Shown: piece by piece, positions 38,336 to 46,964 of the stretch | How the letters are laid out: the number at the start of each line of letters is the position of its first letter | Position numbering within the stretch: position 1 is the first letter of the stretch | Assembly: GCA_964589825.1 (NCBI GenBank) | Contig: CAZPUS010000005.1 | Location: 46,018 to 110,017 of the forward strand | Reading direction: 5' to 3' | Source: an uncultured Fibrobacterota bacterium | GTDB lineage: Bacteria; Fibrobacterota; Chitinivibrionia; Chitinivibrionales; WJKA01 | Length of the DNA: 64,000 nt | Program-made: the position numbers and the translations under genes | Notes under the pieces: model-generated | Told to the model about the DNA's origin: nothing | What the model saw: the letters and a program-made list of their open reading frames with translations, nothing else | The model's database searches: none

Positions 38336-39487
38336 TTAGCCTTTCGATTCCCAGAGTCCTTCTATTGTATGTCCGCAGAATGAACATCTGCCGTCTTTGA
38401 TTTTTGTGTGTTCTATGCGATAACCGCGTCGTGCAATAACAATGCGACCGCAGCCGGGACAGCGTGTATTGCTGTCGGCTCCCGGGACATTTCCGAGATA
38501 GACATAGTGCAGGCCCTTTTGCTGTGCCTGTTGTCTGGCTTTGTGCAGTACATCCGCAGGTGTGGGAGCAAGATTGCGAAGCTTGTAGGAAGGGTAAAAT
38601 CGTGAAAAATGAAGAGGGGTGTGCGCCCCGATACTGGTATGCAGCCATTCGCACATGCGCGAGATGGTTGAAAGATCATCGGTCCATCCCGGAATTACGA
38701 GGTTGGTAATTTCGACCCAGATTCCCATCTCAGCGGCGTGCGCTATCGTTTCAAGTATGGGATCCCGTTTTCCGGCATTGAGCTTTTGGTAGACCGCAGG
38801 GTCGAAGCTTTTAAGGTCGATATTAGCCGCATCGATAAAGGGGGAGAGTTGTTCGAGCGGTTTTCGGTTTATAAAACCGCAGGTAACGAGGATGTTTCGA
38901 AGGCCTTTTTGATGAGCGAGTCGTGCGGTATCGTACATGTATTCATACCATACGGTCGGCTCCGAATAGGTGTAGGCGATCGCATCGCATCGTTGACGCA
39001 GCGCGTGCTCAACCGCCTGCTGCGGGCTGAGATTCGTGTTGCGGGTTTGACGCGGACTTTTCTGGCTTATGGACCAGTTCTGACAATTTTTACAGCGGAA
39101 ATTGCATCCTGCAATGGCCAGCGAATAGACACGGCTGCCCGGCAGCACGTGATAAAGCGGTTTTTTTTCTACAGGGTCCACATGGATGGCACACGGGTTG
39201 GCATAGCCATAGGTAGAGAGTACCCCGTCTTTATTGGTTCGTACCCTGCAGGTGCTTATTTGGCCGGGTGCGAGTATGCAGCCGTGAGGGCATAATCCGC
39301 ACTGTACGGTGTTACCCTCTCGTGCAATTTCGAACATAGCTTTATGAAGCGGGGGCTCTGCGCAAAAGCCTGAAACGGGCAGCGCACTTATACCCGCGGA
39401 TGCACAAAGTGAGCACAGCAGCTCCCTGCGTGTAATCGAGTCGGTTATCATGCCAGAAAAATAATAGGTTCCTTGCCGAAAACGCAT
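38336..39487 (-). CDS. AmmeMemoRadiSam system radical SAM enzyme
   Basis: 383 aa. Radical SAM cluster motif AGCNFRCKNC, a PFL-activase-like fold, and 4 nt to the downstream Memo/AMMECR1 gene. The N-terminus carries a Tat-like SITRRELL + hydrophobic segment. Confidence 0.85.
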   Translation of the reverse strand: MRFRQGTYYFSGMITDSITRRELLCSLCASAGISALPVSGFCAEPPLHKAMFEIAREGNTVQCGLCPHGCILAPGQISTCRVRTNKDGVLSTYGYANPCAIHVDPVEKKPLYHVLPGSRVYSLAIAGCNFRCKNCQNWSISQKSPRQTRNTNLSPQQAVEHALRQRCDAIAYTYSEPTVWYEYMYDTARLAHQKGLRNILVTCGFINRKPLEQLSPFIDAANIDLKSFDPAVYQKLNAGKRDPILETIAHAAEMGIWVEITNLVIPGWTDDLSTISRMCEWLHTSIGAHTPLHFSRFYPSYKLRNLAPTPADVLHKARQQAQQKGLHYVYLGNVPGADSNTRCPGCGRIVIARRGYRIEHTKIKDGRCSFCGHTIEGLWESKG

Positions 39488-39530
39488 GAATCTGTAATAG
39501 GTATAGTATTATGTACCAAAATGTGTTGTC

Positions 39531-39578
39531 AGCAAAATGAAGCTACAGATGACTTTTTTCATATAGCAGCTTTCATCA
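39531..39578 (-). terminator. probable terminator of the 39760-40980 gene, built partly from the repeat motif
   Basis: Minus strand: ATGAAAGCTGC-(19 nt)-GTAGCTTCAT (10 pairs, one bulged A, one G.T) followed by TTTTG. The 5' arm is the 3' end of motif copy M2. Confidence 0.5.
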
Positions 39579-39600
39579 AAACAACCGCTCAATTTAGGCC
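39566..39600 (-). repeat. short copy of the intergenic motif (M2)
   Basis: The minus strand reads GGCCTAAATTGAGCGGTTGTTTTGATGAAAGCTGC, near-identical to the 5' ends of the copies at 27835-27868 and 45937-45969. Confidence 0.8.
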
Positions 39601-39759
39601 TTAATTTAGAGATCCCCGGGACAAAAAGGATATACCTTCGGTATGAAGCTAATGCAAATATTTTCATCCAACCAAATTATTGATGATGAGAAAAAACCGT
39701 CATTCTACGAAGGTACTACCCGTGTGAAACAGATCGTCTTGATACAAGGATAGCCGATA

Positions 39760-40980
39760 CTATCGTTGCGTATGTATCGGAAATAAACGTCCGTGGATGT
39801 CAAACGTTCTCTTCCCAGGTCCTTTTAAAAAGATTCCATGCTCCGGAGAAAACTGCTTATGTATCACAGATCGGGAGGATGATCTTTTCGTTGTGCCCAT
39901 ATTAATGGAGTGCGCGCGGACTGGTGACCCGTTGAGATCGGTGATAGTAACATCCCCGAATGTCGCATCTACATGATGTGACAGAAGTGCGGGGCCTCCA
40001 CTGCGGAGGGCATATTCGCTTTTTTGAGTTTTTTCCCAGTTCCAGTTTGATGGTTCGCTTTCTGCATCCTTCCAGATTTTAAAGCTATATTTCGTCACTC
40101 CCTTACTACCCTCGTCCGGAAGAGTTTCAGCACGAAGGCGCATTTTTAGCCATGTGTCCAGTTGTAAATCAAATGATCCGTAACAACTTTGTGAATTTCC
40201 GGCACCATGGTAATGACAAATTTCCGGATCTGCCGACCATCCGTCTTTCCATCGCAGCCACCCAATACACCCGAATGGCAAATACCCCCATTTCGGTTGA
40301 TCATCGGGCCAGTCTTTAAAGCCTCCGACAGCGTGTCCGGCAAACCGCATAAGGATACCGAGCCCGTTGGGCCCGCTTTTGCTTGAAGTGCTTTGATCTA
40401 CAGAATGAATTATTACCTTTGCGGTAATATCATAATCTTCCCAGTTTGTATTTCCGATCAGAAAGATTCTGTCATAACCCGTTCGTTCATTTAACAGCCC
40501 TTCATTTGTCAATGCCCATTTACCATCTACATACTGTCCCACATTCTGGGGGTTATCAACCTTTGACCAGTCTATTTTCATGGGGAATGTCTGATTCCCG
40601 GATAATTTGGTAATAGTCATTGATTTTGTTTTTACATTATCGTTTTTATCGATCGCGGTAATCGTCACCGTATTCGATCCATCTTGCAGGCTTTCTATGG
40701 CGATGTCTGCGTTAAAATCGCCGTCTTCTGCAAGACGGCGGTAAGCTTCGTACGAAAGAGCGACTTCGGAATCGCCGTTGACGCTGTAAGAAAGTGACGC
40801 AATGTCGTGATAGGGGCTTACATGGCCCATGACATTGAAATCAGGTTGGGCCGGTCCGAGATGCCCTACCTTCTGTTCGCTGCCGTGCCAGATATCGATT
40901 GTTAACGCGAGGCAGGAGGGCGGGAATATGAAGAATACTGCAGAGATGAGGAAAAGGATGCACAAGATACGATATAACAT
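39760..40980 (-). CDS. secreted hypothetical protein (Ig-like N-domain plus possible concanavalin-A-like lectin/glucanase fold)
   Basis: 406 aa with an N-terminal signal peptide (LYRILCILFLISAVFFIFPPSCLA). Beta-rich and Trp/Gly-rich in the centre (..GWLRWKDGWSADPE..). The fold call is weak. G+C is markedly lower than in the neighbours (45/120 in a hand-counted sample vs 73/120 in tkt). Confidence 0.55.
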   Translation of the reverse strand: MLYRILCILFLISAVFFIFPPSCLALTIDIWHGSEQKVGHLGPAQPDFNVMGHVSPYHDIASLSYSVNGDSEVALSYEAYRRLAEDGDFNADIAIESLQDGSNTVTITAIDKNDNVKTKSMTITKLSGNQTFPMKIDWSKVDNPQNVGQYVDGKWALTNEGLLNERTGYDRIFLIGNTNWEDYDITAKVIIHSVDQSTSSKSGPNGLGILMRFAGHAVGGFKDWPDDQPKWGYLPFGCIGWLRWKDGWSADPEICHYHGAGNSQSCYGSFDLQLDTWLKMRLRAETLPDEGSKGVTKYSFKIWKDAESEPSNWNWEKTQKSEYALRSGGPALLSHHVDATFGDVTITDLNGSPVRAHSINMGTTKRSSSRSVIHKQFSPEHGIFLKGPGKRTFDIHGRLFPIHTQR

Positions 40981-41361
40981 AAAAGCTCCTTATATGAAAT
41001 AGTTCATTGGCTTATCGAAATGTTCCCGGAGAAAAACCTTTACAGTAAAGTCGGTTGGGGTGAATAAAGAGAAAAGACTTCCGGTGTAAAAACATTATAT
41101 ATAAAATAATTTATGGGAGTTATGTGACACCACGGTACAATGATAACTTGATGATATTTCCAGACGTACTATAACGGTTCTATATATTGCCGAAAGGCAA
41201 GTAATGGCCACACATGTACACGTTGTAAATCGGAATGAGAGGCCGGCTGAATAAATGAAAGTTGTGGCAGCAATTGTAGCAATTGTCCGAAGAACAGATG
41301 TTTAGGCATCTCTGTCGTCACCCTGCCATCGGTCATCCACATGAAAAGCAAATCCTGATTA

Positions 41362-42498
41362 TCAGCGCTCTGTGCTGAGGTTGTGTCCGCTGGAATCGAA
41401 GACCGTAATATGCGAATTGGGAAGCCGGATAAAAATCGATGAACCGGAAGGGGGCGGGTCGTTCGTCTTTACAATGAGGGTTTGTCCCTCAAGTGTTACA
41501 TAACTGAGATACTCGGATCCGAGATTCTCGATGACGTTTACCGAGGTGCGAATTACATTTTCTTCTTCGGATTCGGAAGAGAACTCTATGTGTTCGGGAC
41601 GAATACCGATTGTGCATTTTTCTTTTTCAGGAGATTCGATTTTCGAAGCATATGCTGGCGGCAAAGTTACCGATTGCCGTCCGATCCGGATACAGGCGGT
41701 GTCTTCATTAATAGTAAGCTGTCCGGTCAGCATGTTCATCGGGGGTGAGCCGATAAACCGGGCAACGAATTCGTTTACCGGATTGTGATAAACGTTCTCT
41801 GAGGTATCGATTTGCTGTATTTTACCTTTATGTAATACCGCGATACGGTCACCAAGCGTCATGGCCTCGAGCTGGTCGTGCGTCACATAAATGGTGGTTA
41901 TTCCGAGCGTACGCTGAAGCTCCTTGAGCTGTGCCCGCATGCTCATGCGAAGCTGGGCATCGAGATTGGAGAGCGGCTCATCCATAAGAAATACCCGGGG
42001 CTGCCTGACAATGGCGCGGCCAATGGCCACACGCTGACGCTGGCCGCCGGAAAGCTCTCCGGGTTTTCTGTCCAGTAGCGATTCGATTTCCAGCAGTCGG
42101 GCGGTCTCTGTGACTCTTGTATGGATTTCCTTTCCGGAAGGTTTCGGCTTTCGATTGGTAAGAGGAAAAGCGATATTCTGACCAATGTTCATGTGTGGGT
42201 ACAAGGCGTAATTTTGAAACACCATTGCGACGTCCCGTTTAAAAGGCGTCTTGAATACGCGTTGCTGAGAATCGGCAACCGGGTCCTCGTTGAACAGGAT
42301 TCGTCCCCGGGTCGGTTTTTCGAGTCCTGCGGTAAGATTGAGCATAGTGCTTTTGCCGCATCCGCTGGGGCCCAACAGCACGAAAAACTCTCCGGGTTCG
42401 ATGGTAAACGAGACGTCCCTGAACACCGTGATTTTACCCCGCAGGGTAAAAAAGGATTTGGCACAGTGGTCAAAAGTGACGGAGGTTTTCTGTGACAT
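41362..42498 (-). CDS. sugar ABC transporter ATP-binding protein (MalK/UgpC/MsmX type)
   Basis: 378 aa. Walker A GPSGCGKST, signature LSGGQRQRVAIGRA, Walker B VFLMDEPLSNLD, and a C-terminal regulatory TOBE-like domain. Confidence 0.93.
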   Translation of the reverse strand: MSQKTSVTFDHCAKSFFTLRGKITVFRDVSFTIEPGEFFVLLGPSGCGKSTMLNLTAGLEKPTRGRILFNEDPVADSQQRVFKTPFKRDVAMVFQNYALYPHMNIGQNIAFPLTNRKPKPSGKEIHTRVTETARLLEIESLLDRKPGELSGGQRQRVAIGRAIVRQPRVFLMDEPLSNLDAQLRMSMRAQLKELQRTLGITTIYVTHDQLEAMTLGDRIAVLHKGKIQQIDTSENVYHNPVNEFVARFIGSPPMNMLTGQLTINEDTACIRIGRQSVTLPPAYASKIESPEKEKCTIGIRPEHIEFSSESEEENVIRTSVNVIENLGSEYLSYVTLEGQTLIVKTNDPPPSGSSIFIRLPNSHITVFDSSGHNLSTER

Positions 42499-42499
42499 G

Positions 42500-43327
42500 T
42501 TATCCTTTCACCGATCCGTTCGTTAGGCCCTGAACGATATAGCGTTGAAAAACCAGTGCGAGCATCGCGAGCGGCACCGATGCAATAGCCGACGCTGCCA
42601 TAAGTGTCCCCCAGGGTATCTCACCGTGGAGTCCTTCGAACAGTGCGATACCCACGGTGAGGGGTTGTGCATGATATTCGATGGTGAGCATTATTGCGAA
42701 AAGGAATTCATTGAATGCAGCAATAAACACCAGCAAAAAGGAAGAAAAAATTCCCGGAAGAGAGAGCGGAAGTACGATCCTGAAAAGTGTCTTGAGCCGC
42801 CCCGCGCCGTCGATACGTGCCGCTTTGTCGAGTTCCTTGGGTATTTGTGAGAAATAACTCATGGTTATCCATAATGCGAGGGGTACGGTAAATGCACAGT
42901 AGGGAAGAATTAACGCCGCATAGGTGTTGATAATACCAATGGAAGAGAAAAAACGGTAGAGATAGCCCACGATACTGATTTGTGGAAACATGGAAAGGGC
43001 AAGCACCCCTATGGGAATAATCATCCTGCCGGGGAACCGAAGCCGTGAAACTGCATACCCGGCAAGGGCCGAGGCAACCGACACGCATATCGCGGTTACA
43101 AAGGAGATGACAAGGCTGTTTTTGCAGTAGTCCACAAAATGCAACGTCTCATCGGTGAGCACCTGAACGTAATTGTCAAGCGAGTATCGGGTAGAACCGG
43201 AGATAAGAAATGTCGGGTCGGAGGTGAAGGAGACCCACAGCATCCATACGAAAGGAGCCAGGGCAAACACGAGAAGTATCAGTGAGCCAGAAACTATGAG
43301 AATCCTTTTAATAAGAAGTTCGTTCAT
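42500..43327 (-). CDS. carbohydrate ABC transporter permease (MalG-like)
   Basis: 275 aa with six TM segments and an EAA-loop region (..KAARIDGAGRLKTLFRIVLPL..). Confidence 0.9.
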   Translation of the reverse strand: MNELLIKRILIVSGSLILLVFALAPFVWMLWVSFTSDPTFLISGSTRYSLDNYVQVLTDETLHFVDYCKNSLVISFVTAICVSVASALAGYAVSRLRFPGRMIIPIGVLALSMFPQISIVGYLYRFFSSIGIINTYAALILPYCAFTVPLALWITMSYFSQIPKELDKAARIDGAGRLKTLFRIVLPLSLPGIFSSFLLVFIAAFNEFLFAIMLTIEYHAQPLTVGIALFEGLHGEIPWGTLMAASAIASVPLAMLALVFQRYIVQGLTNGSVKG

Positions 43328-43336
43328 ACAGTGGTG

Positions 43337-44245
43337 TTACTCCTGTAACCGCCTGTTGAATTTACCTGCATATAAATATACAAGTGTCGCTGAAAATGCG
43401 ATGATAAACGTCAGAATCGAAACCGCGGAACCTATACCGAACCGATCGTTGCTGAAATATTCAAATCCCAGTATCGACAGGCTTTTGGTTGCACTCCCGG
43501 GGCCACCTCCGGTAAGCACGTAGATCAGGTCGAAAACACGCAGCGAGTCGATCGTTCTGAAAATAAGCGCGATTATAAATACCGGCAACAGTTGAGGGAA
43601 AATAATGCGGTAAAATCGTCCCCAGAGACCGGCACCGTCGACACGGGCCTGACGGAAAAGCTCTTCGGGGATCGCCTGAAGTCCCGCCAGAAGTATGATG
43701 ACCACGAACGGTGTCGTCTTCCAGACCTCCGCGATTATCAGTGACCAGAAGGCCGCTTCGGGGGAGCCGAGCCAGTTTATTTTATCATCCGCAATGCCGA
43801 GATAAACAAGTGCGACATTGAGAATGCCATAGGTATAATTGAAAATAAGCGACCAGATCTTTCCGGAAACGATAGTTGGTATTGCCCAGGGTATAAGGAT
43901 TACCGCCCGAAGAATCCCCCTGAGAGGAAAACGTTCATTGAGGATGAGTGCAAAAACCATTCCGAAAAACGCTTCGAGCGCGACGGCAACCAAAGTGAAC
44001 AGAAGCGTGAAACGTACTACATGCCAGAATCCGGGCTGCTGCAGCAATGTCATGTAATTTCGAAGTCCGACAAACGATCTCGGCAGATATGAGACGTCTT
44101 TGAAAAGGCTCGTATAGAGCGATCCTATGACCGGAATTAAGATAAAGCCTACGGCAATCACTACTACCGGAAGAAGAAATGCCCATCCGGTTTGTATATC
44201 GGCCCTGTTGTAGTATTGCAGCGGAGTATCTGATCTCTGTTTCAT
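43337..44245 (-). CDS. carbohydrate ABC transporter permease (MalF-like)
   Basis: 302 aa with an EAA loop (..RQARVDGAGLWGRFYRIIFPQL..). Confidence 0.9.
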   Translation of the reverse strand: MKQRSDTPLQYYNRADIQTGWAFLLPVVVIAVGFILIPVIGSLYTSLFKDVSYLPRSFVGLRNYMTLLQQPGFWHVVRFTLLFTLVAVALEAFFGMVFALILNERFPLRGILRAVILIPWAIPTIVSGKIWSLIFNYTYGILNVALVYLGIADDKINWLGSPEAAFWSLIIAEVWKTTPFVVIILLAGLQAIPEELFRQARVDGAGLWGRFYRIIFPQLLPVFIIALIFRTIDSLRVFDLIYVLTGGGPGSATKSLSILGFEYFSNDRFGIGSAVSILTFIIAFSATLVYLYAGKFNRRLQE

Positions 44246-44336
44246 TGTGGTGTGCAGGCTGTTGTATGCCGGCGCTGTTGTGCGTTAATATGGTATTTCC
44301 GGGACGAATAGCACTGTCGCAGGAAAAAAAGCATCC

Positions 44337-45611
44337 CTATCGGCTCTGTTCGTATTCATCGATAATGGCATAGACCTCTTTTTGTGCACGCCTGAGAGCG
44401 CGTGGCGGTGTTGTTTCTCCCGCGCAGGCGGCGTTGAGGTGTTTTTGCAGCATGTGAGAAATCCTGGGATAATACGGAACCGGGGGACGTGCGATCGCAT
44501 TCGAAAACACATGGCGAAGCTTGCCGAGAGCCCGGTTGTGCTCAAGCAGCTGCGGGTCGTTATAAAGATCCTTTCTTCCCGGGTTCCATCCTAAATGAAT
44601 AGCGAGGTCCTTCTGAACCGGGGCGGAGGTAATATATTTAACAAATGCAACTGCGTCCTCGGTTCGATCAGAAAATTTTGAGACACATATATGCCATCCC
44701 CCCAGCGTCGCGGCGCTCTCTTCCCCCTCAAAATGCGGCAGCGGGGCGATACCGACATTGCCTTTAACCGGTGATTCGTCGCTGTTGTGCAGAGCCCAGG
44801 CATACGGCCAGTTGCGCGCAAAAAGGGCGTTGCCCTTCTGAAACATGAGCCGCACGTCTTCTTCCTTCATATCGGTATAGGTGTTGGGGGGAGAAATACG
44901 CCACGTATGAATGCAGTTATGCATGAATTGTAACGCCTTGATATTCGCTTCGGAATCGAGAACGGGACGGTTCTCCGAATCAAGAAATCCGCCTCCAGCT
45001 GAAGCAAAGACCTCGAGTGCGTTACACACCAGACCTTCATACTGTGCGCCCTGCCAGAGCCAACCCCAGAAGTTGGGATCGTGCGTACGCTGCTCTTTCT
45101 GAATCGTATCGGCCATGTGAACCAGCCCGGACCATCTTTGGGGCGGATTGTCGAATCCGTAGCGCTTCAGCAGATCCGTGCGGTAATAAAGCAGACCTGC
45201 ATCGATGTAAACCGGCAAACCGATAATGCTGTCGTTATAACGGTCCGCGATATCGATCACACGGGGGTAGAAGGGTGACACGTCAATATCAAATTTGTCA
45301 AGGCTTTCGAGCCAGTTCGAAAACGCCATCTGACCGATCCATGCGACGTCCATAAGCATTATATCGGGGTCGCTTTTTTTGCTTCGAAGGGCAATAAGAA
45401 TCGACTGTTTTTTTTGGTCAGTCTGACTCGTGGTGCGTATCAGGGAGACCGTGATGCCGGTTTTTTCTTCAAAACGCCTGGTGATTTTTTCCCAGTAGGC
45501 GATTTCATTGGGTGCGCCACCGACCATAAAGGTGAGATCATCCGCCGGCTTGCTGCAAAAGAAAAATGATGTTAGTGCGACCAAGGCAATCAGGACGGCG
45601 TGTTTTATCAT
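44337..45611 (-). CDS. ABC transporter extracellular sugar-binding lipoprotein (family 1 SBP)
   Basis: Start set at MIKHAVLIALVALTSFFFCSKP (lipoprotein signal), preceded by AAGGAG at 8-nt spacing. The track's Met at 45725 adds 38 residues without signal character. Confidence 0.85.
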   Translation of the reverse strand: MIKHAVLIALVALTSFFFCSKPADDLTFMVGGAPNEIAYWEKITRRFEEKTGITVSLIRTTSQTDQKKQSILIALRSKKSDPDIMLMDVAWIGQMAFSNWLESLDKFDIDVSPFYPRVIDIADRYNDSIIGLPVYIDAGLLYYRTDLLKRYGFDNPPQRWSGLVHMADTIQKEQRTHDPNFWGWLWQGAQYEGLVCNALEVFASAGGGFLDSENRPVLDSEANIKALQFMHNCIHTWRISPPNTYTDMKEEDVRLMFQKGNALFARNWPYAWALHNSDESPVKGNVGIAPLPHFEGEESAATLGGWHICVSKFSDRTEDAVAFVKYITSAPVQKDLAIHLGWNPGRKDLYNDPQLLEHNRALGKLRHVFSNAIARPPVPYYPRISHMLQKHLNAACAGETTPPRALRRAQKEVYAIIDEYEQSR

Positions 45612-45721
45612 GGTATGGTGACTCCTTTTGAAAGATGGCATGGTCTGCGGACGCATCGTGTACAATTGTCCGGCCGCAGGCAGAGATATGCAATAAACGC
45701 AGTAGGTAAATATAAAAAAAA

Positions 45722-45822
45722 GCACCTAAACCGAAAATAGTTTTGATGAAAGCTGCGGTGAGTGGTGCTGCTATTGTGAATTCGAAAATTATGGGGCGAT
45801 CATGTTGGTCGGCTCATGATTT
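45722..45822 (+). repeat. full-length copy 2 of the intergenic element
   Basis: See 27765-27870. The 5' motif core is divergent and 1 nt shorter here (CCTAAACCGAAAATAGTTTTGATGAAAGCTGC). Hairpin CGATCA-tgt-TGGTCG lies at 45797-45811. Confidence 0.85.
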
Positions 45823-45936
45823 CCGGGGACGCAGGCGCAGTGGGGATTGCAGCAGATTACGCGAAAAAAGCGCTCAGTTTAGGTAGCAGTTCTGTGGTGT
45901 TTTTATCCCTGCAACGAAGTAAGCGCGATGCGATAT

Positions 45937-45969
45937 GCAGCGTTTATCAAGACAACCGCTCAATTCAGG
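45937..45969 (-). repeat. short copy of the intergenic motif (M3)
   Basis: The minus strand reads CCTGAATTGAGCGGTTGTCTTGATAAACGCTGC (29 of 33 identical to M2 by hand count). A more degenerate copy lies at 45861-45887 (CTAAACTGAGCGCTTTTTTCGC). Confidence 0.8.
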
Positions 45970-46017
45970 TAAAAAACGATTCGTCGGGATGCAGGTGTAT
46001 CGCCAATGAAGGAACAT

Positions 46018-46941
46018 TCATTCTTTCGAAGTCGCGGATGTAAACCTGCAACCCTGCGTAATGCCCTGTGATTGCATGAAAGAGCGTATATACGCAAGCG
46101 ACTGGGTTTTGCGCGCAGACCACTCGGGTGCAACAAGGCCGGCAGAGAATGATGCATCCGCCATCAGACGATGAATGTGCTGAGTCGGCCTGAGCCGGGC
46201 GAGGAAATCCGAGACCATTTGTGCGTATCGGTCCAAGCTGAGTGTCGTTATTTCATTGCGAAGGTACTGCTCGTGAAGTCGGGTGTTACGTATTATCATG
46301 CACTGGTGCAGCTTCACTCCAGCTATTTCGGGGCGGGCACAGAAATCCGCCGTTTCGTTTGTGTGGTGTATATCTTCTCCGGGGAGTCCGAGGATAACAT
46401 GCGCAACCGTCTCAATATTGTACCTGTGCAGCAGCGAAGCCGCTTTTATAAAATCGCGGCGTGTATGTCCACGGTTGATACGTGCGAGTGTATGGTCATG
46501 AGCACTTTGCAGTCCCAGTTCCACGCTGAGCCAGGTTCGTTGTGCAATATCATGCAGACACGCGGCGACGTCGGCAGAAATACAGTCGGGACGGGTTCCT
46601 ATGGCAAGGCCGACAACCCGGGGGTGTGAAATCAGGGATTCGTAAATATCGCGCAGCCGTGACACATTGGCATACGTGTTGGTAAAGGGCTGCAGATAGG
46701 CGATGTAGATGCCCGCAGGATCATTTTTCTTTTGTATGGCTAGCTGCAGTTGTATGTGCGCAGGTTCGCTGCGCTGTGCAACCGGGCTGAAGGCGCTGTT
46801 ATCGCAAAATATACAGCCCCGGGAGCTGATGGTACCGTCACGATTGGGACATGAAAGGCCTGCATTGACCGGGATTTTGGCGACCGGTTTTCCGAATCGT
46901 TTTTTCAGGTACTGGCGGTAGGTAAAGAGCAGTCGTGACAC
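46018..46941 (-). CDS. TIGR01212-family radical SAM protein (YhcC-like)
   Basis: 307 aa. Family-typical N-terminal cluster motif GLSCPNRDGTISSRGCIFCDN. Confidence 0.88.
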   Translation of the reverse strand: MSRLLFTYRQYLKKRFGKPVAKIPVNAGLSCPNRDGTISSRGCIFCDNSAFSPVAQRSEPAHIQLQLAIQKKNDPAGIYIAYLQPFTNTYANVSRLRDIYESLISHPRVVGLAIGTRPDCISADVAACLHDIAQRTWLSVELGLQSAHDHTLARINRGHTRRDFIKAASLLHRYNIETVAHVILGLPGEDIHHTNETADFCARPEIAGVKLHQCMIIRNTRLHEQYLRNEITTLSLDRYAQMVSDFLARLRPTQHIHRLMADASFSAGLVAPEWSARKTQSLAYIRSFMQSQGITQGCRFTSATSKE

Positions 46942-46964
46942 CGTTGATACTAAGGGATGCGGTG

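Noticed and set aside
45612-45725. 38-codon N-terminal extension of the sugar-binding protein
   Set aside because: The extension lacks signal-peptide character. Met 45611 has an AAGGAG RBS and opens a canonical lipoprotein signal. The extension also overlaps the edge of repeat copy 2.
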